DNA of 64,000 nucleotides, taken from an uncultured Gemmatimonadales bacterium. Lineage in GTDB: Bacteria > Gemmatimonadota > Gemmatimonadetes > Gemmatimonadales > GWC2-71-9. The translations under genes were made by a program, and so were the position numbers. The stretch covers positions 32,001 through 96,000 of the forward strand of contig CAWGSK010000007.1 of NCBI GenBank assembly GCA_963825055.1, read 5' to 3'. Below, in pieces: positions 63,999 to 64,000 of this stretch (positions within the stretch are counted from its first letter, which is position 1; each line of letters opens with the position of its first letter). The notes beneath the pieces are model-generated. The model ran no database searches. It was given only the letters and a program-made list of their open reading frames with translations, and had not been told where the DNA came from.

Positions 63999-64000
63999 GC

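Noticed and set aside
1..64000. tRNA/rRNA genes, IS elements, prophage or defence systems
   Set aside because: No cloverleaf, transposase, integrase, phage or defence-type ORF was recognised by eye; no covariance or HMM search was run.

Overview
A GC-rich, gene-dense bacterial chromosomal segment. Gene content and protein style suggest Gemmatimonadota (inference, not tested). It holds about 63 CDS; I found no rRNA, tRNA, CRISPR array, integrase or transposase. Left to right: an NhaD/ArsB-type transporter (partial), O-methyltransferase and SDR; a long + strand run (lipoprotein, IDH-like enzyme, DUF4139, phosphoesterase, SprT, acyl-CoA dehydrogenase, etfBA, nadC); an AGCS symporter, ETF-quinone oxidoreductase and GGDEF protein; htpX-terC-MFS; a gpmI/queD-like/fdhD/mobAB/moeA run; guaB, an NSS transporter with a small subunit, a DHH phosphoesterase, frameshifted mrp, a MASE1-PAS hybrid kinase and DUF62; an ECF sigma/anti-sigma operon; late menaquinone genes (menG, ubiD/ubiA/ubiX-like); a TonB receptor, GWxTD protein and tandem secreted paralogs. 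The right end is a low-oxygen island: a ba3-type (B-family) oxidase with subunit IIa, a P1B-5 ATPase, an OmpR regulator, a DosS-like haem-GAF kinase, a USP, two frameshifted membrane paralogs and nosFY-like genes. The most notable signals are: (i) the DosS-like sensor rewired to an OmpR regulator upstream of the ba3 oxidase; (ii) at least eight intergenic 7/8-bp tandem arrays, several arranged as inverted pairs, one forming a relay of GTGA-coupled micro-ORFs; (iii) a structured leader with an attenuator-like hairpin ahead of htpX-terC; (iv) two identical TGAAAC-N17-CGTA ECF promoters that suggest a small regulon; (v) probable CTG and ATT start codons; (vi) an ETF-QO lacking one Fe-S cysteine. 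All family calls come from motif recognition by eye, not database searches.
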